A stretch of 64,000 bases of DNA. Origin: Candidatus Latescibacterota bacterium (GTDB taxonomy: Bacteria; Latescibacterota; UBA2968; GCA-2709665). The stretch is from contig OZ241917.1 of the NCBI GenBank assembly GCA_965203805.1, forward strand, positions 1,696,001 through 1,760,000, given 5' to 3'. Below the pieces are notes generated by a model, which was not told the DNA's origin, made no database searches, and was given only the letters and a program-made list of their open reading frames with translations. A program made the position numbers and the translations under genes. This document shows, piece by piece, positions 10,201 to 17,703 of this stretch (position 1 is its first letter; every line of letters begins with the position of its first letter).

Positions 10201-10276
10201 CGCTGGACACGGCGAAAATCATGTTCATTCTGTCTACATTGTAGACGAAATCTATGAAGCGCTTCGGCTCATTCAT
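7223..10276 (-). CDS. Membrane-anchored octaheme cytochrome c of the Rieske/cyt b complex
   Basis: N-terminal TM helix, long coiled coil, 8 CxxCH motifs (CTTCH x2, CAQCH, CHGCH, CKACH, CFGCH, CKGCH, CFTCH). Confidence 0.92.
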   Translation of the reverse strand: MNEPKRFIDFVYNVDRMNMIFAVSSVVLVLAVLWMVWDDYDREWKDFQKEAMALEAYKTEAEIKLAQENVDQDALKAIEDELAGIQAAIQAHQEQYDAATGELKRLTQADWYGADQRLKFEKAQYDVVKFEYEDAAKAGNEKTAAKKKAEMEAMEGRIFEFRLAKEAVEEKQAAQQKIIDEVAGKRQALASRRRSLRKDEDNLRRKLTGLVPSFPNVFRNLPMVDFIDPSIKVRQVVLADLRNELNFTRVPRVDRCTTCHVNIDRPGYELDPETGWFKDEKLRAYMETVHADEDVRLGRTRAFATHPRLDLFLSSGSPHPIDESGCTTCHLGRDRGVTFKNTAHTPGDDVEAARWKRLYGWKKMKYWDHPMLPSRYVESTCAQCHAGVVDVPQADNLNRGIHLVRTLGCHGCHKIAKHTLQDGRRVGPDLRKAAGKLERDWTIKWVRDPKGFRPSTKMPKIFDLANVSGPEDIARNTAAVNAIVTYIFDKSERPRYPAPPVQGDAGRGERLVEMVGCKACHAVGADDRLGQEYGLRNFGPNLNDVGSKLSSGWLFAWLKDPTAYFPDTRMPNLRLTDREAADITAYLLTLRNTEFEARQLAAVDTQVRDDLVLNYLRSRLPVKTAKEQLAGMSSHERDIWLGEKIISRQGCFGCHLIPGFEDAQPIGTELTEQGSKDVDKLDFGLLAKKPGSYNTDPDAIPYTRHDWFYKKLKQPRVFDKGKVKLFDDKLRMPQYGLSDEDAHALTTALLSLNRSQAGSDAIKRLAPDEVDIEKGRWLVYDRNCKGCHVVEHQGGAIRDPMVKAYGAEDVSAADAVGFVPPELNGEGRKVQPDWFFSFLKNVEPIRPWLEVRMPSFGFEDQQAIDLVTYFSRLDKEQFPYATFVHKRLSSRDITGARKLFSADIYNCFTCHQQGDIKPTGDPASWAPDLKLARERLKPAWIRDWLWDPQKIQPGTKMPTFFGDEMTYLPEEMAAYLKLPEGVKPSDEFLELPSDVVIQALTDYIIYGLHQDARLTRR

Positions 10277-10380
10277 CGAACGGCTCCAGGGTGGCGGCGC
10301 CGGACCGTCGTTCCGCGTCCACCAACCCCTTCAAATCGCACACAGGATGCTGCAGCGGCGCCGGCAACAAGAGCGAACCC

Positions 10381-11457
10381 TCAGATATTGAAGAAATACT
10401 CAGGTATGGCGACGATGTATTTCAGGTTGAACAGCCAGCGCAGCAACATCTTGATGGGGAGGGCGACCATGCAGAGGAAGAAAAAGATCATCACGCTGTA
10501 GCGGGCGAATCCCATGTTCTTGTAGAATTCCTTGAACACCGTCTGCGCGAGCAATGGCGGCGGAACCAGAAAATACAGGATCACCAGCAGAAATCCCCAG
10601 ATCTCGCGCATCAACCAGAACGAAGGCAAACCCGTGCCCAGCCACTGGACGTAGATATATTCCGAAAGATTGACGTTGACAAGCGCTTCCAGCTTATGTA
10701 CGTCCCAGAATTCGTATGGGCCGAAGAAGTTCCAGTTCGGCCCGCGCAGGAACGTGCCGATCATGATCAGCACCACCCACAACACCACAAAACCGAACAG
10801 GAACACCGTAATGGCGAACCGGCGTTCCTTGAAGGTGTAGTAGCCCAGACCTTTGGGATTCCGATCGATAAACGGAATGGCCATGAGTCCCACAATCACG
10901 AGGGTTGGCAGAACAACCCCTGCGATCCACGGATCGTAATAGACCAGCATTTCCTGAAGTCCCAGGAAATACCATGGCGCCTTGGATGGATTAGGAGTCT
11001 TTGCGGGGTTGGCGGGCTCTTCGATAGGCGCTTTTATAAGTACGGACCAGAGAATCAGGAAGACAGTGGCCAGCGTCAGGCAGATCAACTCCGTGTACAC
11101 CAGGTGGGGCCAGGTGAGGACTTTTTCCTTGAATTCCGCTTTTTCAATCGGTCCTTCGCCCCTCGCGATGCGTTCGTCGTTGTCGTACCCCTGTTTCATG
11201 GCGTACCAGACAAAGAAACCCACCAGGAACAGCAGCATGACAATGGGGATATTGTCACCCTTCGTCACGATGATGCGAAAATTCTCATCCTGAAAACTAA
11301 CCAGGAAAAATACGATCGAGGCGATCAGGGCGGGCAGGCCGAAGCGGACCGTCCATACCCAGCGGGTCCGCAAAGCCAGAAAGAAGAGAATGGCAAACAA
11401 CGGCATGAAATATTCAGGCGTAAGAAGCCAATTGACGAAGCCTTTCAGAACGTCCAT
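10381..11457 (-). CDS. Cytochrome b C-terminal subunit (PetD/subunit IV-like) with extra TM helices
   Basis: EEPANPAKTPNPSKAPWYFLGLQE (PEWY-equivalent region) and AIPFIDRNP; follows the b6-like gene. Confidence 0.85.
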   Translation of the reverse strand: MDVLKGFVNWLLTPEYFMPLFAILFFLALRTRWVWTVRFGLPALIASIVFFLVSFQDENFRIIVTKGDNIPIVMLLFLVGFFVWYAMKQGYDNDERIARGEGPIEKAEFKEKVLTWPHLVYTELICLTLATVFLILWSVLIKAPIEEPANPAKTPNPSKAPWYFLGLQEMLVYYDPWIAGVVLPTLVIVGLMAIPFIDRNPKGLGYYTFKERRFAITVFLFGFVVLWVVLIMIGTFLRGPNWNFFGPYEFWDVHKLEALVNVNLSEYIYVQWLGTGLPSFWLMREIWGFLLVILYFLVPPPLLAQTVFKEFYKNMGFARYSVMIFFFLCMVALPIKMLLRWLFNLKYIVAIPEYFFNI

Positions 11458-11506
11458 CGTGTTCCTCGGTGAAACCCCGAATTTACAGCGTGGAGGCCGT
11501 TTCTAC

Positions 11507-12292
11507 CTACATTGGTCCCGATATCCCGCCGTCTTTCCGCACCCGCCAGAAGTGAACGGCCATCAACACAGCCGCCACGAACGGGATGAACAGACAATGC
11601 AGGACATAGAATCTGAGCAGCGCGCCCTCCCCGACAAAGCGGCCTCCCAGCAACGCGAATCGGGCATCGTCGCCGGCGTGAACCAGATTGATATCGCCAA
11701 GCATCAGGAACGCCGCTCCGGGCCCCTCGTGACCGAGGAAAGGGGTTGCGCGGGCCATATTCGACCCCACGGTAATGGCCCAGATGGCAAGCTGATCCCA
11801 GGGCAGAAGGTACCCGGTAAAGCTCAACAACAACGTCAGAAGAAGCAGAATGACCCCGATCGCCCAGTTGAATTCGCGGGGAGGCTTGTAAGACCCGGTC
11901 ATAAACACGCGCAACATATGGAGCCAGACCGTAATGATCATGGCGTGGGCGCCCCATCGGTGGATTTCCCGCATGATGCCCAGCGGCACCTGCTCGCCCA
12001 GGTCTATAATGTCGGTGTAAGCGTACTCCAGAGTGGGCCGGTAGTAAAACATCAGCAGAATGCCGGTGATGGTCTCAATGAGAAAAATAAAAAAGGTGAG
12101 CCCACCCATACACCAAGTGTAGCGCACCCTGATTCCCGATTTTGGCGTGCGCACAGGATGCAGATGCAGGAAAACATTGGTCAACACCACCTGCGCGCGC
12201 CCGCGTTCGTCTCTCGGTACGTCGTGCCGGAAGATGGACTTCCAGATCTGAGAGCGCTTGGTCCGGTCCAGGAGGCCGGAGATTTTCGGCAT
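11507..12292 (-). CDS. qcrB: Cytochrome b6-like subunit (N-terminal half of split cytochrome b)
   Basis: [39 protein letters not shown] and RFYVLH motifs. Confidence 0.93.
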   Translation of the reverse strand: MPKISGLLDRTKRSQIWKSIFRHDVPRDERGRAQVVLTNVFLHLHPVRTPKSGIRVRYTWCMGGLTFFIFLIETITGILLMFYYRPTLEYAYTDIIDLGEQVPLGIMREIHRWGAHAMIITVWLHMLRVFMTGSYKPPREFNWAIGVILLLLTLLLSFTGYLLPWDQLAIWAITVGSNMARATPFLGHEGPGAAFLMLGDINLVHAGDDARFALLGGRFVGEGALLRFYVLHCLFIPFVAAVLMAVHFWRVRKDGGISGPM

Positions 12293-12378
12293 ACCGTATT
12301 CTCCCGATGGTACCGCAATGCTGAAGCAGTCGCCAAAATCGCGTTAAAGAGGATACCGCCGCCCGATTGCAGGCTTGA

Positions 12379-13329
12379 CTATATCCGCAGGAACGACTCC
12401 GGGTTGTCCCAGTGACCCTTCTCGTACAGGAATTTTCGGGTTTTGTCGACCAGCACCTGCCCGTCTTCGGCCAGTACGATGCGCGCCCTTTCCAGGGGGC
12501 GCGGCGCCGGACCCTCGAAGTTGATGCCCGACATGTAAAATCCGCTGCCGTGACACGGACATTTGAATTTCTGTTCGTTGCCCAGCCAGTTGGGGGTGCA
12601 GCCCAGATGCGTGCACACCGAAATGAGCGCGAACATGTCCTGCGTGGACTTGACGATCCAGACGCTGAACTTGTCCTTCCAGCGTTCATCCACGCCCAGG
12701 TCGTAATCTTCCGCGAACCCGATCTTGAAAGACTGGGGCGGCTCGAACAACACGTTCGGGAACAGAAAGCGCCCGAAACCCAGAAGCCCGGCCGCCGACG
12801 CGACCGCAAAGGACGCCCAGGCCAGGGTCAGCCAGGTGAAGAATCCGCGGCGGGTGGTCATGCCGCCTTCGGCGACGGCCTGCGTTCTCTCCGGGCCGGG
12901 ACGGATTGCGGGCGGCGCCGGAGACGTCTGAACGATCACACGCTCCTCGGCGGGCTCGTCGGTCTTCTGCGTTAACGCGCGAGCGGCGGCGGCCCGGTCC
13001 GCGGTGGATGCGGCTTTCCTGGCCGGCGGGCCGGACGGCGCCGGTTTTGCGCCGCCGCGAGCCTTGCGCATGAGTTCGGCCTTGGCCTTTGCGCGGGCAA
13101 CGCGGTCCTGGATCTCGTCCAGCGACGAAAGATCCACTTCGGCGGCGGCGGATTCGCCTCCCGATTCATCCGGGGCCTGCGAGGAAGCCTCGCCTGCCGG
13201 CGTCTCCCCGGACGCATCACCCGCGGCGGCCTCCCGGGCCTTGCGGAGCGCCTCCGCTTTGGCCTTGGCCCTGGCCACCCGATCCGGAATTTCGTCAAAT
13301 TCCGAAAGATCGATTTTTTCGTCCGACAT
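12379..13329 (-). CDS. qcrA: Rieske 2Fe-2S subunit with a ~155-aa N-terminal extension
   Basis: CTHLGC and CPCHGS motifs; internal Tat-like TRRGFF followed by a TM helix. Confidence 0.93.
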   Translation of the reverse strand: MSDEKIDLSEFDEIPDRVARAKAKAEALRKAREAAAGDASGETPAGEASSQAPDESGGESAAAEVDLSSLDEIQDRVARAKAKAELMRKARGGAKPAPSGPPARKAASTADRAAAARALTQKTDEPAEERVIVQTSPAPPAIRPGPERTQAVAEGGMTTRRGFFTWLTLAWASFAVASAAGLLGFGRFLFPNVLFEPPQSFKIGFAEDYDLGVDERWKDKFSVWIVKSTQDMFALISVCTHLGCTPNWLGNEQKFKCPCHGSGFYMSGINFEGPAPRPLERARIVLAEDGQVLVDKTRKFLYEKGHWDNPESFLRI

Positions 13330-13452
13330 GGTGTTCCCCGGAAACCGGCCATGCGGTTTTTGGATCGGAAATCGTCAGATCTGAATTATATATGATATAA
13401 GTTTATAAAATACCGGAAATTGCATCATTTACGGCCTGGAATACAACGGGCC

Positions 13453-13481
13453 AATATATCCAAACCACCCCGGAATGTCAA
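13453..13481 (-). promoter_or_regulatory. Sigma70-type promoter of the respiratory operon
   Basis: TTGACA-17 nt-TATATT on the minus strand, about 125 nt upstream of the Rieske ATG. Confidence 0.7.
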
Positions 13482-13588
13482 GCGGGATTTTCTGCAGATT
13501 CGCACCTTCCGGGAGCCAAAGAAAAGGGGATCCGACAGGCGCCCCCGATGGCCGGATCCCTCGCCGAAAATCCATCGGTTCAACCCGC

Positions 13589-14497
13589 TCATTTCCCATC
13601 CCATCCATTCAGAACCTCGATGGCGGCCTGCCGGACCCGCAAGTCCGGATCCTGATTACGCAGCCGCTGCAGCGCAGGTGCCAGCGACGTCGCGTTGAGC
13701 ATGCCCACGGCCCTGATCGCTTCGACGAGAATATTACGTCGCCCCTCTCCGCTTATCCTTTCGAAACCATTCAGATACCCCGGGCTCAGCATTTCGCCCA
13801 GCACCTCCAGACCCGCGCTGTTACCGGCGGAAGCCAATTGCAATGCGGCGTTCCAGCGAACGTCCGGGGTTCGGTCGTGAAGCGCCTGTTCGAGTGCCGG
13901 CGGCACTCGCGGATCATCGAAATTGCCCAGCGCGAATACCGCGGCCTTGCGCAATCCGGCATCGTCGCCTGACGCGATCCTGATAAGATGCGGGACGGCC
14001 GTGGGATCTGCCTGCGCCCGGAGCGAGAACATTGCGTTGATACGGGTTTCGTCGTCCGGGTCATCCAGTGCGGAAATCAGAACGCCGACGAGTTCAGGAT
14101 CCCGCACCCGTCCCATCGCAGCGGCGAGAAAGCGCCTCACCCGCGGATCGTCCGAGCGGGAAGCTTCGAACACCCGGATCAACTCCCCGACGAACCTGTG
14201 ACCGATCCGTCCTTCCCGCTGTTCCTGGTCGAGTACCGTGGCCAGTTCATACGCCGCCTGCCACCGGCTGTTGATGCCGCCCACGCGAATGGTATTGAGA
14301 TAGTCCTCCGCGGTCTTTCTTTCGGCCGTCAACAACCCCAGCCCCAGGTATATGGCAAGCGCCACGAGGATGATCGCCACCGGAAAGATGACGAACTGCG
14401 AAACCAGCCTTGCCCGTGAGACGTCCGCGTCCGAAACCGGAGCGGTGGCGTCTTCGGCGATTTTTCTGAGTTCCTCTTCGGGAGTCGGTTCGTTCAT
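13589..14497 (-). CDS. Membrane-anchored HEAT-repeat protein
   Basis: One TM helix, then repeated DxDxxVRxxAxxAL units. Start at MNEPT. Confidence 0.85.
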   Translation of the reverse strand: MNEPTPEEELRKIAEDATAPVSDADVSRARLVSQFVIFPVAIILVALAIYLGLGLLTAERKTAEDYLNTIRVGGINSRWQAAYELATVLDQEQREGRIGHRFVGELIRVFEASRSDDPRVRRFLAAAMGRVRDPELVGVLISALDDPDDETRINAMFSLRAQADPTAVPHLIRIASGDDAGLRKAAVFALGNFDDPRVPPALEQALHDRTPDVRWNAALQLASAGNSAGLEVLGEMLSPGYLNGFERISGEGRRNILVEAIRAVGMLNATSLAPALQRLRNQDPDLRVRQAAIEVLNGWDGK

Positions 14498-14565
14498 TTC
14501 ACAACCTCTGCAGCGAATAACTGCAAATGCCACCCACCGGGCGGACGCGCGAATACACGCAGTCC

Positions 14566-14670
14566 AATATATACAGCGCCGGCACGCGCTGTCAAGGTTT
14601 TGGTCCCGCGCGAAGTTTGCCCGGCCCTGGACCCTTCCTTCTTGACAACCCCCGGCAAAGACCTTATTTT
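14566..14670. promoter_or_regulatory. Divergent sigma70 promoters (HEAT gene on minus, Fe-S protein on plus)
   Basis: Minus strand: TTGACA(14595-14590)-18-TATATT. Plus strand: TTGACA(14642-14647)-17-TATTTT(14665-14670). Confidence 0.55.
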
Positions 14671-14727
14671 ATCCTCGGACGACACAGACTGCATCTGGAA
14701 TTTCCGAACACAGGAGATCACAATACA

Positions 14728-15459
14728 GTGAACGTCGACCTTACCCAGTTTGACGGCATCACCGACCGGGTGGCGCGCGCCAGGGCCAAAGCCGAGGCCA
14801 TGCGGAACGCAAAACAGGGCGGTGGCGACGCGGAATCCGCACCCGACGCGGCCAGGGCCGAACTGGAAGCATCGGCCGCACCCGCGGAAGCCGAACAGGA
14901 ACCCGCCGGCCTGACCATTCTCGAATTCAGGCCCGGCATCCACTTCAAACTGAACGGGCGGGCCGGACGGACGGTGGGCATCCGTTACGATCTGGTCAGT
15001 TTCGTGTACGACGACGACCCCGACCAGCTCGTTACCGCGGACCGATACCGCCTCAGTCACGCCCACGCCGAAGGCACGCTGGAATTCGCGCCGAAGTCGG
15101 AGGTCTACAGACCGGAGCGCGTCGCGAAGAAAGAACGCGTCGACTTCCACGAACACCTGTGGCTCGAGTCCCGCTCCGGCATGACGGCCAAGAAGAAACG
15201 GCCGCGGCATATCGCCATTATCAACCCGGACTACTGCACCGGCTGCAATGCCTGCATCGAAGTCTGTCCGACCGACTGTATCGAGGAAGTGGACGTGGCC
15301 GATGCGGGCCTCGACGGCATCGGCACATTCTGTGAAGTGCGCCTGGAAGACTGCATCGGATGTATCCAGTGCGTGCACATCTGTCCGTGGGAAGCCATCG
15401 AAATGGTGGACACCCCGCGGGTCGAGGAGGCATACGGCATTCCCGTGGGGACGCTGTAG
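14728..15459 (+). CDS. 2x[4Fe-4S] ferredoxin-domain protein with an N-terminal extension
   Basis: GTG start after AGGAGA; CTGCNACIEVCP and CIGCIQCVHICP motifs. Confidence 0.88.
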   Translation: MNVDLTQFDGITDRVARARAKAEAMRNAKQGGGDAESAPDAARAELEASAAPAEAEQEPAGLTILEFRPGIHFKLNGRAGRTVGIRYDLVSFVYDDDPDQLVTADRYRLSHAHAEGTLEFAPKSEVYRPERVAKKERVDFHEHLWLESRSGMTAKKKRPRHIAIINPDYCTGCNACIEVCPTDCIEEVDVADAGLDGIGTFCEVRLEDCIGCIQCVHICPWEAIEMVDTPRVEEAYGIPVGTL

Positions 15460-15486
15460 ATCGAAACTGAAAGAGGTCATATTGAG

Positions 15487-15522
15487 AGAGCGTCGACCGG
15501 TTCGAGTCGACGCTCTTTTTCT
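15487..15522 (+). terminator. Intrinsic terminator after the Fe-S protein
   Basis: 11-bp stem AGAGCGTCGAC/GTCGACGCTCT followed by a T-tract. Confidence 0.8.
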
Positions 15523-15535
15523 ATAGCTGGAATCC

Positions 15536-15720
15536 AGTGTTCTGTCCCGGAAATAAGTTGCCTGAATTCGGCCGTCGAGTCGCCCGGCTCGCATCCTTCG
15601 ACAGGCTCTGGACCCAGCGCCGGAGCGCAGGCGACCTGGCACGGTCGTCGAGCGATGGCAACGCCGCGAGACGGGATGAATCTGCGGAAGAATGGTGAGG
15701 TATTTCCGGGACAGGACACT
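15536..15720. mobile_element. Probable MITE / non-autonomous IS remnant (185 bp)
   Basis: 20-bp terminal inverted repeats with 19/20 match: AGTGTTCTGTCCCGGAAATA ... TATTTCCGGGACAGGACACT. Intergenic, no credible gene inside. Confidence 0.65.
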
Positions 15721-15743
15721 AGAACGGCGAACAACGCTGCCCG

Positions 15744-16712
15744 TCAGCTGACGCCTGACGTCAGCGCCTCGGAGACGCAGGCCATGTCCGGCGGCAGGTC
15801 CGCGTGGAATTCCAGTGCTTTGCTCGAGACCGGATGGTTGAAACCGAGCACGCCGGCATGCAACATCTGCCGATTCGCCAGATCCAGGACCGTCCTGGCC
15901 GCGTTCCGCAACGACGGCGCAATCCCTCGAATCCGCTTCGGGCCCCCTCCGTAGGTGGTATCTCCGAATACCGGATGGCCGACGTGGGCGAGATGCACGC
16001 GAATCTGATGCGTTCGACCCGTCTCCAGCCTCAATCCCAGCGTCGACGCGAACCCGTGGAACGCCTTTACCTCGTACCCGGTGGCGGCAGCGCGTCCACC
16101 GGTGTCCACCACGGCCATGCGCCTGCGGTCTTCATGGCTCCTGCCGATGGCCTTTTCGATGCGGCCGCGCTCCGCCCGGGGTTGCCCCCATACAATGGCG
16201 GAATATCGCCTGGTCACCGTACGCGCCTCCAACTGCCGTGCCAGCCCCCGGTGGGCCGCGTCGTTCTTGGCCACCATCAGCAGACCCGATGTTTCTCTGT
16301 CCAGCCGGTGTACGATTCCGGGGCGCAGAACGCCGTTGATCCCGGAGAGACCGTCGCAATGGGCAAGGAGGCCGTTAACCAGCGTACCGGATCGCATGCC
16401 GCCCGTGGGGTGCACGACCATGCCCGCAGGCTTGTTGACGACAAGCAGATCCGCGTCTTCAAATAAGACGTCCAGAGGAATCTCCTCCGGATCGATTCCG
16501 GGCGGCCGGGGGGCAGGCAGACAGACGACGATCCTTTCTCCGACCGAAACCCGGTAGCTTGATCGAACCCGTTTTCCCCTTACCAGCACATCCCCCGAGG
16601 CAATCAGCGCCTGGATTCGAGACCGGGAGAATGGTTCGCAAATGGCCGCCAGCAGGCGGTCCAGCCGGCTGCCCGCGTGTTCCGGAAGGACGGCAACGTC
16701 AATCTTCGTCAT
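15744..16712 (-). CDS. rluD: RluA-family 23S rRNA pseudouridine synthase
   Basis: S4 domain, NKPAGMVVHP, GIVHRLDRETSG, TGRTHQIRVH; follows lspA. Confidence 0.93.
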   Translation of the reverse strand: MTKIDVAVLPEHAGSRLDRLLAAICEPFSRSRIQALIASGDVLVRGKRVRSSYRVSVGERIVVCLPAPRPPGIDPEEIPLDVLFEDADLLVVNKPAGMVVHPTGGMRSGTLVNGLLAHCDGLSGINGVLRPGIVHRLDRETSGLLMVAKNDAAHRGLARQLEARTVTRRYSAIVWGQPRAERGRIEKAIGRSHEDRRRMAVVDTGGRAAATGYEVKAFHGFASTLGLRLETGRTHQIRVHLAHVGHPVFGDTTYGGGPKRIRGIAPSLRNAARTVLDLANRQMLHAGVLGFNHPVSSKALEFHADLPPDMACVSEALTSGVS

Positions 16713-17163
16713 CCTTTCCGCCCTTCAGAAGACCGCAGCCCAGGATCAACAGGCCGGCCCCCACCGTGACGGATGCGTCGGCGACGTTGAACACCCACCA
16801 GCGAAGGGATCCGAGTCCGAAATCCAGAAAATCGACCACGGCGCCGAAACGGACCCGGTCGATGACGTTGCCGACGGCGCCGCCCAGCACAAGCGCCAGG
16901 CCGGCCGACGCCACCCGTTCCCCGGGCGGCAGCCGGAGCCACATCAGCGCGACCATGATCAATGCCACGCCGGCGAAAATCAGATGTGCAACGTTCCCGC
17001 CCAGCCTCAATCCGAACACGGCGCCGGGATTGTGTATATAGGTCAACCTGAAGAATGAGCCCAGCACGGGAATCGACTCGCCGAGGAACATCGATTCCAT
17101 CACCATCCGCTTTGACACCTGGTCGAGGAAAACGACAACACCGGAAATCCAGAGGCTCCGCAC
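16699..17163 (-). CDS. lspA: Lipoprotein signal peptidase II
   Basis: DQVSK, NPGAVFG, GAVGNVIDR, VVDFLD and FNVAD motifs. Start moved to GTG at 17163. Confidence 0.93.
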   Translation of the reverse strand: MRSLWISGVVVFLDQVSKRMVMESMFLGESIPVLGSFFRLTYIHNPGAVFGLRLGGNVAHLIFAGVALIMVALMWLRLPPGERVASAGLALVLGGAVGNVIDRVRFGAVVDFLDFGLGSLRWWVFNVADASVTVGAGLLILGCGLLKGGKDDED

Positions 17164-17222
17164 ATCGCCCCCAATGGTGACGAATCGAACGCGCCCGATC
17201 CTGCAACGGGCCGGCGGACGAA

Positions 17223-17606
17223 TTATGAAGAACGAAAACCCTGCCGCTGTTCGCCTTCCTTGCAGGGAACGCACAGGCGGGTTGTGGGCACGGCCTCCAG
17301 ACGCGCTTTCGGGATCGCTTTTGTGCATAGCCTGCATGCTCCGAACGTCCCTGCCTTTATGCGCTGCAGCGCGTCCTCCACCTGCGTCAGGTAGGCTCCG
17401 TCGCGAGACGCGAACAGAAACGCCTTTTCCCGTTCGATGGAGTCGCTGCCCAGCTCCGGCATATGATCCGAGTAAATCTGTCCGCCGGATGCCTCCTCGG
17501 ACGTCGCATGCATGGACCTCTGTTCCAGCATCCCCAGATCCTGAACGATGGACAACCGCTTTTTTTCCAGGATCTCCCGGAAGTATTTCAGATCTTTCTC
17601 GGTCAT
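17223..17606 (-). CDS. DksA/TraR C4 zinc-finger protein
   Basis: Coiled coil followed by CRLC...RLEAVPTTRLCVPC. Confidence 0.9.
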   Translation of the reverse strand: MTEKDLKYFREILEKKRLSIVQDLGMLEQRSMHATSEEASGGQIYSDHMPELGSDSIEREKAFLFASRDGAYLTQVEDALQRIKAGTFGACRLCTKAIPKARLEAVPTTRLCVPCKEGEQRQGFRSS

Positions 17607-17703
17607 CGGCCTCTCCGACTGTCAATTCCAATTGTGCGCACCCGCAGGATGCCGCAATCCTCGCGCGTCCGTGATGTCCGGACCGAATATGGCCTTATAA
17701 CGT

